Assembly (NCBI RefSeq): GCF_049337375.1
Contig: NZ_JBMPIV010000001.1
Length of the DNA: 64,000 nt
From: Nannocystis pusilla
GTDB taxonomy: Bacteria; Myxococcota_A; Polyangia; Nannocystales; Nannocystaceae
Reading direction: 5' to 3' (one strand)
Position 1 is the first letter of the stretch, and every line of letters starts with the position of its first letter. The notes below the pieces were generated by a model. The model made no database searches. It was not told the origin of the DNA and saw only the letters and a program-made list of their open reading frames with translations. The position numbers were made by a program, and so were the translations under genes. Of this stretch, positions 41,958 to 54,347 are shown one piece after another.

Positions 41958-42353
41958 TTACTCGTAGTCCTTGATGAGGGCCTCGTACTGCGCGGCGGTC
42001 AGCAGCCGCTCGAACGCGGCCGCGTCGGTCGGGCGGATCTGGAGCATCCAGCCGTCGCCGTAGCAGTCGGTGTTGACCTCCTCGGGCGAAGCCTCGAGCT
42101 CGCCGTTGACCGCGACCACCTCGCCGTCGATCGGGGCGAACAGGTCGCTCACGGCCTTGACCGAGTCGACCGTGCCGAACAGGGCCCCGGCGGTCACCTG
42201 GGCGCCGGGGCCGACGCGCACGTCGACGAAGGTGATGTCGCCGAGGGTGTTGGCCGCGTGGTCGGTGATGCCGACGACGACGGTGCCGTCGCTCTCGAGG
42301 CGGGCCCACTCGTGGTCTTTGGTGTAGCGGAGGTTGCTCGGGATGTTGGACAT
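41958..42353 (-). CDS. gcvH: glycine cleavage system H protein
   Basis: 131 aa. Lipoyl-lysine region ..GTVDSVKAVSDLFAPIDGEVV.. Confidence 0.9.
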   Translation of the reverse strand: MSNIPSNLRYTKDHEWARLESDGTVVVGITDHAANTLGDITFVDVRVGPGAQVTAGALFGTVDSVKAVSDLFAPIDGEVVAVNGELEASPEEVNTDCYGDGWMLQIRPTDAAAFERLLTAAQYEALIKDYE

Positions 42354-42420
42354 GGTGAAACTTCGGGGCAGGTTGTCGGGGACAGGTGCTCGGGGACAGG
42401 TACGCGAGGACAGGTGCGAA
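42348..42420. repeat. degenerate repeat array in the gcvT-gcvH spacer (ggggacaggtgctc ggggacaggtacgc gaggacaggtgcga)
   Basis: Three phased 14-bp units with CAGG replacing CATG. Confidence 0.6.
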
Positions 42421-42432
42421 GCGACGGCGGGC

Positions 42433-43554
<1,122 letters not shown>

Positions 43555-43685
43555 GGTGCTGCCCCGTTCCCATAGCCAACTTCGGCCGCCGCGGGAAGGG
43601 CCGCGGCGTGCTACACCCCGGGGCGATGCGCTCCGAGAGGGAACCCGGAAGCAAACCGCGAGGGCGTGCGGCGCATTTCGCGCCG

Positions 43686-44768
43686 ATGGCCGCGCTGGCG
43701 TCGTGCCTCGCCCTTTTGGCCCCCGCGTGCGCGGCCCGCAAAAGCGCGCCGCCGACCGGCCTCAACTCGTTCGGCCAGGGCACGCGCTACATCCAAAAGG
43801 CGGTGCGCAGCAGCAGCGAGGGCGTGATCATCCTGCCGTCGAAGCGCGCCGAGAACCTGTTCGACTTGCAGCGCCTGAACGAGATCGCCCAGGCCCTGCG
43901 GCCGCCCGCCGCGGCGTGCTTCGTCAACCGGGCGATCGAGACGATGAAGCGAGGCAAGCGCGACGGCGAAGAGGCGTACGTCGACGTGCCCGAGGGTCAG
44001 GTCAAGATCCGCACCCGCCTGTCGCCCGACGGCGAGGTGCTGCGCACGGAGGTGCTCGACACGGGCTTCAAGGACCCCGAGATCGAGCCGTGCATCATGG
44101 AGGCGATCCAGGGCCGCAAGTGGATCAAGAACCGCAGCGGGGTGGTGCAGTACCTCGACGTGATCTACTGGGTCAGCCTCGGCGACGGCTCGGAGGACAA
44201 GTCGCCGCAAGCCAAGGCGGAGCTGCGCAGGCAACAGGCGATCGCGGCGATCCGCGGCAAGGGCTGCCTCGAGCGCCGCGTCGGCGCCGGGACGTACCCG
44301 GTCGAGGGCCTCAACCTGGTCGACCGCGACGGCAACACCCTGGTCAGCCGCGTCGAGCCCAACTCGCTGCCGCAGAAGGTCCAGGAGTGCCTGTCGGTGG
44401 TGCTCCGCGACATCCAGATGCCGCGCGCGCCCAACTCGTTCGTCCGCCCGATCTCGCCGCAGGTCGAGTACACGGTGGCGACCGACGGCACGGTGTCGTT
44501 CGCCGACGAGCGCTGGATCAACCTGATCCTGATGGAAGAGAAGGCGGCCCGCGAAGACCGCCTGGCAGAGGTCGACCGCGGGCTCGGGATCGCCGAGCCG
44601 CGCGCGAGCGAAGAACCCGCGGCGACGCCGAGCGAGAGCACGGAGCCGTCGGCGAGCGCGGGCGAGGAGGCGACGCCGCCCCCCGCGAGCGAGCCGGCGC
44701 AGGACCCGGGGCAGGCGGGGATGAAGCTCAAGCTCGGCGGGCACCGGCGCTCCGAAGCGCCGAGGTGA
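43686..44768 (+). CDS. hypothetical lipoprotein
   Basis: ORF 43524-44768. Start placed at [15 protein letters not shown] (lipobox). MRSERE.. at 43626 is an alternative start. Confidence 0.5.
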   Translation: MAALASCLALLAPACAARKSAPPTGLNSFGQGTRYIQKAVRSSSEGVIILPSKRAENLFDLQRLNEIAQALRPPAAACFVNRAIETMKRGKRDGEEAYVDVPEGQVKIRTRLSPDGEVLRTEVLDTGFKDPEIEPCIMEAIQGRKWIKNRSGVVQYLDVIYWVSLGDGSEDKSPQAKAELRRQQAIAAIRGKGCLERRVGAGTYPVEGLNLVDRDGNTLVSRVEPNSLPQKVQECLSVVLRDIQMPRAPNSFVRPISPQVEYTVATDGTVSFADERWINLILMEEKAAREDRLAEVDRGLGIAEPRASEEPAATPSESTEPSASAGEEATPPPASEPAQDPGQAGMKLKLGGHRRSEAPR

Positions 44769-45008
44769 GCGCCGGGGCGCCGGCTGCGAGCCGGCGCTCG
44801 CGGGCGAGGGGTGGCGTGCCTCGGTGACGGCACGCCCGCGGCTTCACCGTCGAGGCCGTCCTTGAAAGGATGCGGGCATTCGGGGTTGCGATCCGCCGAA
44901 TCGTCGCGGGCGTCGCGCGATGCGGGCGGGTCGCGCGATGCGCGGGGCGACTGCCTGGTCTTTACATGCAACCAAAAAGTTGCATGATAGGACCGTCCCA
45001 TCCGCACC

Positions 45009-45344
45009 ATGGACGAGGTGTTCAAGGCGCTGGCCGACGCGACGCGGCGGCAATTGCTCGATCGGCTGTTCTGCGCGAACCGGCAGACGTTGCACGCGCT
45101 GTGCGAGCAGCTGGACATGACGCGCCAGGCGGTGGCCAAGCACCTCGCGGTGCTCGAGGCGGCCAACCTGGTGGTCGTGGTCCGCAGCGGGCGGGAGAAG
45201 CTGCATTACCTCAACCCGGTGCCGATCCACGAGATTTACCAGCGGTGGATCGGCAAGTACCAACAACACCACCTGGCGGCCCTGTCCGCCCTCAAGACGA
45301 GCCTCGAGGAGCGACGCGATCATGACGACGACGACGACCGATAG
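45009..45344 (+). CDS. ArsR/SmtB family transcriptional regulator
   Basis: HTH ..LADATRRQLLDRL..QTLHALCEQLDMTRQAVAKHLAVLEAANLV.. Confidence 0.8.
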   Translation: MDEVFKALADATRRQLLDRLFCANRQTLHALCEQLDMTRQAVAKHLAVLEAANLVVVVRSGREKLHYLNPVPIHEIYQRWIGKYQQHHLAALSALKTSLEERRDHDDDDDR

Positions 45345-45798
45345 ACCGAGCTTCGTGTATGTCACGTACATCACCACCACGGCGGAGAAGCTGTGGGAGG
45401 CGCTGACGCAGGGCGAATTCACCGAGAAGTACTGGGGCGGGCGCCGGGTCGAATCGACGTGGGAGCCGGGGGCGCCGATCGTGTACCGCTACGACGAGGG
45501 CCGCAAGACCGACATCACCGGCGAGGTGCTGCGCTGCGAGCCGCCGACGGTGCTTTCTTATACGTTCGGGGTCGATCACGGCGCGGCGACCGAGCCGGCC
45601 TCGCGCGTGACGTTCGAGCTCAAGCCGCTCGGGCCGATGGTGCGCCTGACGCTGACGCACGACCAGTTCATCCCCGACAGCAAGGTGCTGGCGGGCGTGT
45701 CGCGCGGGTGGCCGGGCATCCTCTCGAACCTCAAGACGTTCCTCGAGACCGGCAAGCCGATGCCGTTCGGGAATTGGGACAAGGCGACCGCGACCTGA
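45322..45798 (+). CDS. SRPBCC-superfamily protein (Aha1/BPI-like, commonly paired with ArsR)
   Basis: 158 aa. Overlaps arsR by 23 bp. Typical ArsR-SRPBCC pairing. Confidence 0.7.
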   Translation: MTTTTTDRPSFVYVTYITTTAEKLWEALTQGEFTEKYWGGRRVESTWEPGAPIVYRYDEGRKTDITGEVLRCEPPTVLSYTFGVDHGAATEPASRVTFELKPLGPMVRLTLTHDQFIPDSKVLAGVSRGWPGILSNLKTFLETGKPMPFGNWDKATAT

Positions 45799-45858
45799 GC
45801 CCGCCAGGCGAATCGCGCACGCTCTGGGCGGCGGCGTGCGCTGTGCGGATACGGGCCG

Positions 45859-46215
45859 TCAGAGGCCGTTGGGGATCACGGTGAGGGTGGCGGAGCCCTT
45901 GTTGGTCAAGATGAGGTCGTCGTAACCGTCGACGTTGAGGTCGGCGACGGCGATGGCGTTGAGGCCGGGTGAGACGCCGGTCGCGACGAGGTCTGCAACA
46001 CCGACGATCCTTGCCATGCGCAGACGGTCGCCTGCAACGGTGACCCCGAGTGCAGCGCCATCTTCGCCTGCATCAAGGCCACCTGCCCGTCGGAGTGCCC
46101 GCCGGACAACCCGCAGTGCGCGCTGCCGTGCTGGGCCGGCTGCATGGAGCAGCACCCGGCGGCCAAGGAGCAGTTCCTCGCGCTGTCGCAGTGCGAGAAT
46201 TGCGGCTGCGGCTGA
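45859..46215. pseudogene. overlapping gene remnants: an FG-GAP-like fragment (minus) and a Cys-rich C-terminal fragment (plus) without usable start codons
   Basis: Minus-strand 45859-46017 encodes ..ADLNVDGYDDLILTNKGSATLTVIPNGL*. The plus-strand frame ending at the TGA at 46213-46215 encodes ..CNGDPECSAIFACIKATCPSECPPDNPQCALPCWAGC..CENCGCG* preceded by an in-frame stop. Confidence 0.3.
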
Positions 46216-46243
46216 GCGCGGCGGGGGTGTTCGCCGACTGCCG

Positions 46244-46945
46244 TCAGTGCCGCGGCTGCGATTCGACCTCGCCGACCATCGGCACGAAGCGGACCGGCAG
46301 GACGGTCTCGACGTGCAGGTCGCCGCGCGGGCGCTTCTCGAGGACCTGCAGGTCCTGGACGAATTCGCCGACGGGGATCACCAGGCGACCGCCGACGGCC
46401 AGCTGTTCGGTGAGCGGGCGCGGGAGGGTCGGCGCGGCGGCGGCGACGATGATGGCGGAGAACGGCGCGGCCTCGCGCCAGCCGCGGTAGCCGTCGCCGG
46501 CGCGCACGTGGACGTTGTCGTAGCCGAGCTCTTCGAGCAGGCTCGCGGCGCGCTCCGCCAGGTCGGTGACCACCTCGATGCTGTAGACCTCGGCGCCCAT
46601 CTCGGCGAGGACGGCGGCCTGATAGCCGGAGCCGGTGCCGACGTCGAGGACGCGGTCGCCCCGCTTGACGTGCGCCAGCTGGGTCATGAGCGCGACGACG
46701 TACGGCTGACTGATCGTGGCGCCGTGGCCGATCGGCAGCGGGTGATCGCCGAAGGCGTAGCGCTGCTCGTCCGGCGGGACGAACCGCTCGCGCGGGACCC
46801 GGCGCATGGCGGCCAGGACGGCCTCGTCGGTGATGTCGCGCGCCACGAGCTGCTGCTCGACCATCCGGCTGCGGGCTTGTGACGGTTCGTCCATGGCGGC
46901 GGCGCACGCGACGAGCAGGCACAGCGAGAGGCTCGAGCGGCGCAT
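46244..46945 (-). CDS. pcm: protein-L-isoaspartate O-methyltransferase with signal peptide/lipobox (periplasmic)
   Basis: ..VLDVGTGSGYQAAVLAEMG.. SAM motif and PCMT regions. N-terminal SLCLLVAC lipobox. Confidence 0.85.
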   Translation of the reverse strand: MRRSSLSLCLLVACAAAMDEPSQARSRMVEQQLVARDITDEAVLAAMRRVPRERFVPPDEQRYAFGDHPLPIGHGATISQPYVVALMTQLAHVKRGDRVLDVGTGSGYQAAVLAEMGAEVYSIEVVTDLAERAASLLEELGYDNVHVRAGDGYRGWREAAPFSAIIVAAAAPTLPRPLTEQLAVGGRLVIPVGEFVQDLQVLEKRPRGDLHVETVLPVRFVPMVGEVESQPRH

Positions 46946-47053
46946 ACGGGCAGGCTAGCGCGCGTACGGCCGCGCGCCCGCGCCGGCGCTGCGCCGCGGC
47001 GGTCTCAGGCGCGGCAGGCCGGGGATCTTCTCGGCAGTCGGGCGACTGTCTCT

Positions 47054-47140
47054 TTGGACATGTCGCAAATGCCAGGCAAGCTCAGCCGTGGCCGCGCGGG
47101 GCGCGCGGAGCGGGGATGTCCCCGAGAACATGCCCCGAGA
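47054..47140. repeat. CATG-core repeat clusters (tttggacatgtcgcaaatgcc ... ggggatgtccccgagaacatgccccgagag) between pcm and nadE
   Basis: Seen in sequence. Confidence 0.6.
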
Positions 47141-47147
47141 GCCAGGC

Positions 47148-49127
47148 TCAGCCGCCCTGCGCCACGACGTGGTCGAGCTCGGCGAGCTCGTGGGAAAAGC
47201 CGCCCGAGAGGATCGGGAAGCGGCACCACGTCTTGGGGTCGAGGTTCTCGTCGTCGAGGTGGAAGCTCGGGGCGTAGCGCTCGCGCTTCCACTGGTTCTG
47301 GCTCCACAGGCGGAAGAACCGCTTGATCCACAGCAGCAGCTGGTCGCGGCCGTGCTCGGGGAAGCGGCTGGCGAGGACCCGGTAGACCTCTTTGGGCGCG
47401 AGCTTGTCGCGGATGGCGGCGCGCTCGATGACGTCGAGGATCGGGTACGGCATCAGGTCGTCCTCGTCGGTCTGTTTGGCGCCGGCGGGCCGCAGCTCGG
47501 CGGTCGGGGCCTGGACGTTGACGGCGCGCAGGGCCGGCGTGGGGCCGACGCCGGCGGGGCCCTCGAGCTCGACCCACCGCAGCCACTGGCGCAGGAAGGC
47601 CTTGTCGATGCCGGCGATCGGCGACAGACCGCCGCAGGTGTCGCCGTCCATGGTGGCGTAGCCGACGGCGGCCTCGCTGCGGTTGCTGGTGGCCAGCAGG
47701 AGGGCGCCGCGCAGGTTGGCCAGCAGCCACACGCCGGGGGCGCGGGCGCGGGCCTGGATGTTCTGCAGGGCGATGTCGTCGCTCTTCCAGCCGAGCTCGC
47801 GGCCGATCGCGCCCTCGACCGTGCGCACGTAGGCGCGCACGAGCGGGTCGACGTCGAACTCGAGGAACTCGGCGCCGACGGCCTCGGCGACCGCGCGGGC
47901 GGCGTTGCGGGTGGTGTCGGAGCTGTTGGCGGTCGCCTGGTAGACGCAGGTGAGCAGCGCCCGCACGATCGCCCGCGGGGTGGTGCACGAGCCCTCGGGC
48001 AGGCCGAGGCGGGCGCAGGTGGCCGCGACGCCGAGCTCCTGCGTGGCCAGAGTGACCATGAGGTGGACGAGGTAGGCGACCGCGGCCGAGTCGGCGCCGC
48101 CGCTGAGCGAGACGACGAAGCCGCGCGACCGGCTCTTGCGCATGTAGTCGAACAGGCCGAGGGCGACGGCGCGCGAGAACTCCTCGCGCTTGTCGTTGCG
48201 CAGCGCGTCGTCGGGGGCGATGGCGTGCGGCGGCAGGTCGGCGGTCGGCAGCTGCATGTCGAACCGGGTGATCCGGCGGACGTTGTCGTCGACCGTGGGC
48301 GCGTAGGTGGTGCGCGCGTGGACCATGCGCGCGAGGTCGACGTCGACCACGGCGCTGGTGACGTAGACGTCCTTGTAGCCGAGCCGCGGACCCTCGGCGA
48401 TCAGGTTGCCGGACGAGGCGATCATGCACTCGCCGTCGTAGATGACGCGGCCGGCCTCGTTGCCGATGAAGTTGGAGTAGACGTACGTGGCGCGGAAGCT
48501 GCGCGAGGCGTTGAGGACGATCTGCTTGCGCACCTCGTGCTTGCCGAACGCGAAGTGGCTGGCGCTGGGGTTGCAGATCACGTCGACGCCCTGGCTGGCG
48601 AGCTCGACGCCGGGGCGGTTCGGGACCCACGCGTCCTCGCAGATCTCGAAGCCGATCCGCAGGCCGCCGACCTCGAAGATCTGGTCGCCCAGCGGGTAGC
48701 TGTGGCCGTCGTGCTCCCACTGCACGAACTTGCCGGCCGGCCAGCCCTTGAACCACCGCGGCTCGTAGTGGATGCCGTCGCCGGCGAGGAAGCGCTTGCC
48801 GACCAGGCCGACGATGTGGCCGTCGGCGACCAGGCACACCGCGTTGTAGTTGGCGGCGCGGTGCATGATCGGCAGGCCGAGCGCGACCACCATGCCCTTC
48901 GTCTCGGGCAGGAGCTCCTGCAAGATCCGCCACGACTCGAGGATCGTGCCGCGGCTGAAGAACGCGTCCTCGCAGCCGTAGCCGGGGATGCACAGCTCGG
49001 GCAGGCACAGGACGGCGACGCCCTGCCCGCGGGCCAGGCGGATCGCCTCGACGATCCGGGCCTGGTTGCCGTCCCAGTCGAGCGGCGTCTGGTTGAGGGC
49101 GGCGGCGGCGACGCGGACGAGGTGCAT
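47148..49127 (-). CDS. nadE: glutamine-dependent NAD+ synthetase (N-terminal nitrilase-type glutaminase domain + NAD synthetase domain)
   Basis: 659 aa. CN-hydrolase catalytic region (..FEICEDAW..) and N-type ATP pyrophosphatase SGGxDS motif (VSLSGGADSA). Confidence 0.9.
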   Translation of the reverse strand: MHLVRVAAAALNQTPLDWDGNQARIVEAIRLARGQGVAVLCLPELCIPGYGCEDAFFSRGTILESWRILQELLPETKGMVVALGLPIMHRAANYNAVCLVADGHIVGLVGKRFLAGDGIHYEPRWFKGWPAGKFVQWEHDGHSYPLGDQIFEVGGLRIGFEICEDAWVPNRPGVELASQGVDVICNPSASHFAFGKHEVRKQIVLNASRSFRATYVYSNFIGNEAGRVIYDGECMIASSGNLIAEGPRLGYKDVYVTSAVVDVDLARMVHARTTYAPTVDDNVRRITRFDMQLPTADLPPHAIAPDDALRNDKREEFSRAVALGLFDYMRKSRSRGFVVSLSGGADSAAVAYLVHLMVTLATQELGVAATCARLGLPEGSCTTPRAIVRALLTCVYQATANSSDTTRNAARAVAEAVGAEFLEFDVDPLVRAYVRTVEGAIGRELGWKSDDIALQNIQARARAPGVWLLANLRGALLLATSNRSEAAVGYATMDGDTCGGLSPIAGIDKAFLRQWLRWVELEGPAGVGPTPALRAVNVQAPTAELRPAGAKQTDEDDLMPYPILDVIERAAIRDKLAPKEVYRVLASRFPEHGRDQLLLWIKRFFRLWSQNQWKRERYAPSFHLDDENLDPKTWCRFPILSGGFSHELAELDHVVAQGG

Positions 49128-49149
49128 TCAATGTCTCCTGGGACAGGGT

Positions 49150-50093
<944 letters not shown>

Positions 50094-50097
<4 letters not shown>

Positions 50098-52001
50098 GCG
50101 GGGGGGAAAGAGTACCCCTCGGCGAGCGCGTTGGCGACCTCGGTATAGGCGTAATCGCTGACGCGTTCGTCGATGCGCATGCGCAGCAGCGCCTTGCTGC
50201 GGCAGGTGGCCGCGAAGAAGAACGCGCGATCGTCGGCGCACGCGCGCGCGAGCGCCGGATCGGCGGCCCAGCGGTCCCACTCGCGCTGGCAGATCCGCCG
50301 CACCGCGGGCCACAGGACGTCGGGAGCGGGGCCGCCGGCGTCGTCGACCCAACCGATCACAGCCGCGAGGTGGGCGTGTACGAGGGTGTGCAGCAGCTTG
50401 CCCTGCGCCTCGGCGAGGTCGGAGGTCAGGGTGAAGGAGTCGGGCGCGAGCGCGGGAGCGTGGCCGGCCGCGGCCAGCCGCCCGCGGTGGAGCCGCACGC
50501 CGCCGAGGTCGCGGACGACGAAGCCGCAGGGGCGCCCGGCGTGGACGAGGAGGGTGTTTTGCAGGTGCGCCTCGAGGGCGACGCCGTGGGCGGTGAGCAG
50601 GCGCAGGGCCGCGGGGACGAGGAGGTCGAGGTAGTCGCGGAAGAAGGCCGCGAGGCGCGCGCGCAGATCGCCGGGGTAGTCGGCGGCGAGCTCGCGCAGC
50701 ACGAGATCGCCGCCGGGCCGGCGCTCGCCGAGAGCGGCGCAGACGACGAGCTGCGGAGTGCGCGATTGGACATGCTTCAAAAAATCTGTCGCTCGGGACA
50801 GGTCCTCGGGGGCATGTCGTAAGGGGAATGTCGCGGAGGACAGGTCGGAAGGGGCAGGTGCGCCGGCGGGCGAGTCCGGAGCGGTCGGCGTCGCGTGGGA
50901 CGGGTCGGCGGGGGCGGCGAGGTCGGCGTGGAGCCGTCGGGCGAGGGCGGCGGGGTCGGGGCGGAGGACGACGCCGAGCTGGCCGGCGTCGGCGCCGTGG
51001 CGCGAGTGCAGGCCGGCGGCGGCGAGGTCGGGCTGGATCTGCAGGCCGCGGCGGGTCTGCGGGTCGGCGGCCTGGATCGCGGCCAGGAGGGCGGCGATCG
51101 CCGGGCCGTTGTGCACCGAGGCGGGCGAGACCTGGCGCCGCGCGCTGGTGGTGTGGATGTCGACGGCGAGCTTGAGGTGCAGCGCCGGCGCGGCGAGGGC
51201 GACGGTGCGCAGGCTGAGCAGGGCCCGCGCATGGAGCGGGGGCAGGCCGGCGGGGCGGACCTCGCGGCCCCACAGCGGGCCGAGCAGGCGCGGGAGGCGG
51301 CGCAGCTGGAGGGCGTGGACGGGGATGCGGACCAGGCCGGGCGGCGGGGCGGGGAAGAGGGCGCGGGCGAGGTCGGCATAGACGGCCGGCTCGGCCAGCT
51401 GGGCGTGCTCGGCGGCGACGTCGACGGCGTGGACTGCCGCCTGGGCCAGGAGGTCGGGGCCGTGGCGCAGGTTCTCCCAGGCGCGCAGGCCGAGCCGGGT
51501 CTTGCTCATCGGGTGCCACGGGTGGCCGTCGACGACCAGGTTCTCGGGGTCGAGCGGGGCGGGCCACGGCTGTCCTTCGGAGCATGTCCGATGGCGCAGG
51601 TCGGCGGCGAGGCGGGCGAGGGCGAGGTTCCAGCGGCTGTCGGCGAGCTCGCGCGCGATCCGGGCGCGGGCGGCGGGGGCGAGCGCGGGCAGGAGGCGCG
51701 GGAGCAGGTCGGGGAGGTCGGGGAGGTCGGCGCCGTCGAGGTCGGCGGCGTGCAGCTCGAAGGCCCGGCGCCGGCGCAGCGGGAGGCTCAAGGAACATGT
51801 GCGAAGGGACATGTCCTGGAGGTCGAACTCGACGAGGCGCTCGCGCGCGCAGGCGAGGACGAGGCGAGCGCCGATCGCCTGGGTGGCGGCCCGCCAGTGG
51901 GCGGCGAGCTCGCCGGGCGCGGGGCGGGCGCCGAACGCGGCAGGCACGGCCCGGGCGGCGAAGGCGAGGAAGCGGTCGCGCTCGGTGGATGGGGTGCTCA
52001 C
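50094..52001 (-). CDS. IucA/IucC-family (NRPS-independent siderophore synthetase-like) adenylating ligase with two in-frame repeat-derived insertions
   Basis: Conserved ..[14 protein letters not shown].., ..VHALQ.., ..[16 protein letters not shown].. and ..[11 protein letters not shown].. regions. Proposed GTG start at 52001 overlaps the stop of the upstream gene (GTGA). Inserts at 50767-50860 and 51790-51822 are CATG-repeat arrays. Confidence 0.65.
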
Positions 52002-52627
52002 GACGGACGAAGCATGGCCTCGACGCCGGACCAGGGCGCGGGCTCGAATTCCGCGGTCGGAACGACCTGTGACACCGCCCACTCGACGATCTGGGCTGGT
52101 CGGAGCGCGGGGAACGGCACCCGGACTTTCGGTGCGACCTCGAGGGTCGGGCCGACGTGGCAGTGCAAAGCGGCGTGACCGCAAGCGCCGAGGCCGTCGC
52201 GGTCGCCCTGCGGACGCTCGGCCGTTTGACGGTCGTGCGGAAGATGGATGGCCACGGCCCAGGGCGAGTTGTCGTGGCGCTGACCGCTGAGCATGATGTT
52301 GAGCTCCTGAAGGCGCTCGGCCCGGCGATCGAAGCGCAAGAGGACGGCGAGCCGGGCGCTGCGGAGAGCGACGGCGTCGTGCAGCGGTGGCGGTAACGTC
52401 GCCAGCTCGAGCTCTTCGCCGGCGCGCTCGCGGCCGAGGGTGTATTGGACGGAGGGACTCTGCGGGACCCGCCCCTCCACGAGGCGGGCCTGTGCGTCGC
52501 GGCGGAGCACAGCGTAGGGCTTTTCGGACAGCTTGCGCAGGACCTGGCGGACCTCGTTGGCGGCCTCGCGATCGTTCATGACGCGCAGCACCTGGTGTTG
52601 GCGGTAGAGCTCGACCCAGGGCCTCAT
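51998..52627 (-). CDS. hypothetical protein (209 aa), His-rich C-terminal half (..[20 protein letters not shown]..)
   Basis: C-terminal part of ORF 51998-53074 from [10 protein letters not shown]. Start overlaps the stop of the upstream gene (ATGA). Confidence 0.5.
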   Translation of the reverse strand: MRPWVELYRQHQVLRVMNDREAANEVRQVLRKLSEKPYAVLRRDAQARLVEGRVPQSPSVQYTLGRERAGEELELATLPPPLHDAVALRSARLAVLLRFDRRAERLQELNIMLSGQRHDNSPWAVAIHLPHDRQTAERPQGDRDGLGACGHAALHCHVGPTLEVAPKVRVPFPALRPAQIVEWAVSQVVPTAEFEPAPWSGVEAMLRPS

Positions 52628-53166
52628 GTCTGCTCCAACGTCATGGCCCAGAAAGCACGGGTGTAGTTCTCTTGCGTGCGCGGGAGAAGACCTGCGCGCC
52701 ACGGGGCGAGCCAGTCCTCCGGAGATTGGCCGGTGTCGGTCGAGAACGCCGTGCGCTCGGCGTCGACGTCGAGTTCCGCGAGTTGTTCGGGATCGACGTC
52801 GCTGCCGCTGGCCCAACTCCAGGCGCTCGGAGCCTCGGTGGCGAGGGCGCGGTAACCATCGCCGTGGCGCAGCAAGAAGAGCACGATCGGCTGGGTGCGT
52901 GGAGGATTGAGCGCCTGATCGCGAGAGCCGTCGAGGTCGCGGACGACCTCGGCCTCGTCGACCGGGACGAGCAATGCCATGCGGTTCGGCTCGCGTAATG
53001 CGTCCGCGACGGAGGAGGTGCGAAAAGGCCTCGCGGCGGTGGACGCAAGGCTCTCGACCTCTCGCACTAGCCATTCGCGCAGGTCGAGATCGGGGCAGAT
53101 GACGATGGCCAGGCCGCCCGCGTCACGCGCAATCGCCCCGGCGAGAGCGATGCCGGGCTCACGCAT
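52624..53166 (-). CDS. hypothetical protein (180 aa)
   Basis: ORF 52624-53196. Start at MREPGIALAG, 2 bp after the ATPase stop. Confidence 0.5.
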   Translation of the reverse strand: MREPGIALAGAIARDAGGLAIVICPDLDLREWLVREVESLASTAARPFRTSSVADALREPNRMALLVPVDEAEVVRDLDGSRDQALNPPRTQPIVLFLLRHGDGYRALATEAPSAWSWASGSDVDPEQLAELDVDAERTAFSTDTGQSPEDWLAPWRAGLLPRTQENYTRAFWAMTLEQT

Positions 53167-54298
53167 GGCTCGCTCCGGCGAGCAACTTGCGCGCAAGGGG
53201 ATGGATGTCCATGACGTATCCAGCGGCGCGCTGGCGCTCGAGGATCACGCCGCGGGCGAGGAGACGGATCTTACGGCCGAGCTCCATCTCGCGGCCGTCA
53301 GTGCCCGCCACGCGTGCGATCGCGTCCGTGTCCCCGGGTAGCAGGGCGCGGCGGAAGCTGTCCTTCTGGTCATTGATCGCATCGATTAGATCCTGGCCGA
53401 GCGGCCAGTCGTCGCCGCGGCGGAGGAGTGCGTATTGCGCGGCGTCGGCCATGAGTTGAAGAAAGGTGCGAGGCAGGCCGCCGCTCCAGCGGGCGGCATC
53501 GAACACGCTGGCGCGGGAGGTGAGCTGCGACTCGTGGGCGAGCAACTGCTCCAGAGAAACTCCCAACCGCTGCGCGAGGATCTCCGCCAAAAACAATCGG
53601 CCCGGGGCATGCGTCGGGTCTTCGACTTCGGGTACGGGGACCGGCGCGAAGAGTGCGCCAGGGCGCACGGCGTCCTCGGAGGCCCCGAACGCGACGAACC
53701 ACGGGACGACCGCGATGATGTCGATGTCATCGCTCAGTTGGCCGAGGGTGGCGAGCGCCTCGGATGACTGCGGGCCCTCGGGCAGCTTCTCCAAACCGTC
53801 CAGTAGGAGCGTCAGTCGACGCGGGCCGGCGCGGCGCGCGAGTTCCTCGCGCGCCGCGTGTACCAGCGAGAGGGGGCTGCCCGTGAACGACGACGCTGGC
53901 ACTTGAAGGCCGGAGAGCAGGCTTGGCGTCGCCACTCCGGCCGCGTTCAAGGCGGTGACGAGCGCACTCGAGGGACGTATGCCGAGAGCGTCTCTGGCGA
54001 CTTCGACCATCCTCGCGGCGAGCCGCAGCAGCATCTGGTCGGCCGTGAGGCGCCGAATGTTCTCGAGTCGGTCGAACTGGACGAGACAAGCGAAGCGCGA
54101 GGTCTGTAACGCGTCGGCGATGCGCGCCAGCTCGGTGCTCTTTCCGACGCCGACAGGACCGCCGACGAGCACGGTGGATGTGCCGCTGGTGACGAGGCGG
54201 GCGATTCGCTCCGCATAACCGGAAGGGGGGACGACGTAGCCAGCCTCGCCCGGATCGAGCGGACGGTGAGGGGCCAGCGCCTTCCAGTTTAGGGTCAT
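53159..54298 (-). CDS. AAA+/P-loop NTPase (ORC/Cdc6- or STAND-like ATPase with C-terminal helical domain)
   Basis: Walker A LVGGPVGVGKSTEL. Walker B-like RRLTLLLDGLEKL. Start at MTLNWKALAP. Confidence 0.65.
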   Translation of the reverse strand: MTLNWKALAPHRPLDPGEAGYVVPPSGYAERIARLVTSGTSTVLVGGPVGVGKSTELARIADALQTSRFACLVQFDRLENIRRLTADQMLLRLAARMVEVARDALGIRPSSALVTALNAAGVATPSLLSGLQVPASSFTGSPLSLVHAAREELARRAGPRRLTLLLDGLEKLPEGPQSSEALATLGQLSDDIDIIAVVPWFVAFGASEDAVRPGALFAPVPVPEVEDPTHAPGRLFLAEILAQRLGVSLEQLLAHESQLTSRASVFDAARWSGGLPRTFLQLMADAAQYALLRRGDDWPLGQDLIDAINDQKDSFRRALLPGDTDAIARVAGTDGREMELGRKIRLLARGVILERQRAAGYVMDIHPLARKLLAGASHA

Positions 54299-54347
54299 GA
54301 GGTCTTTTTTCTTACCGCCTCGAGTGCAGGCGGTCAACGCGCGCCGC

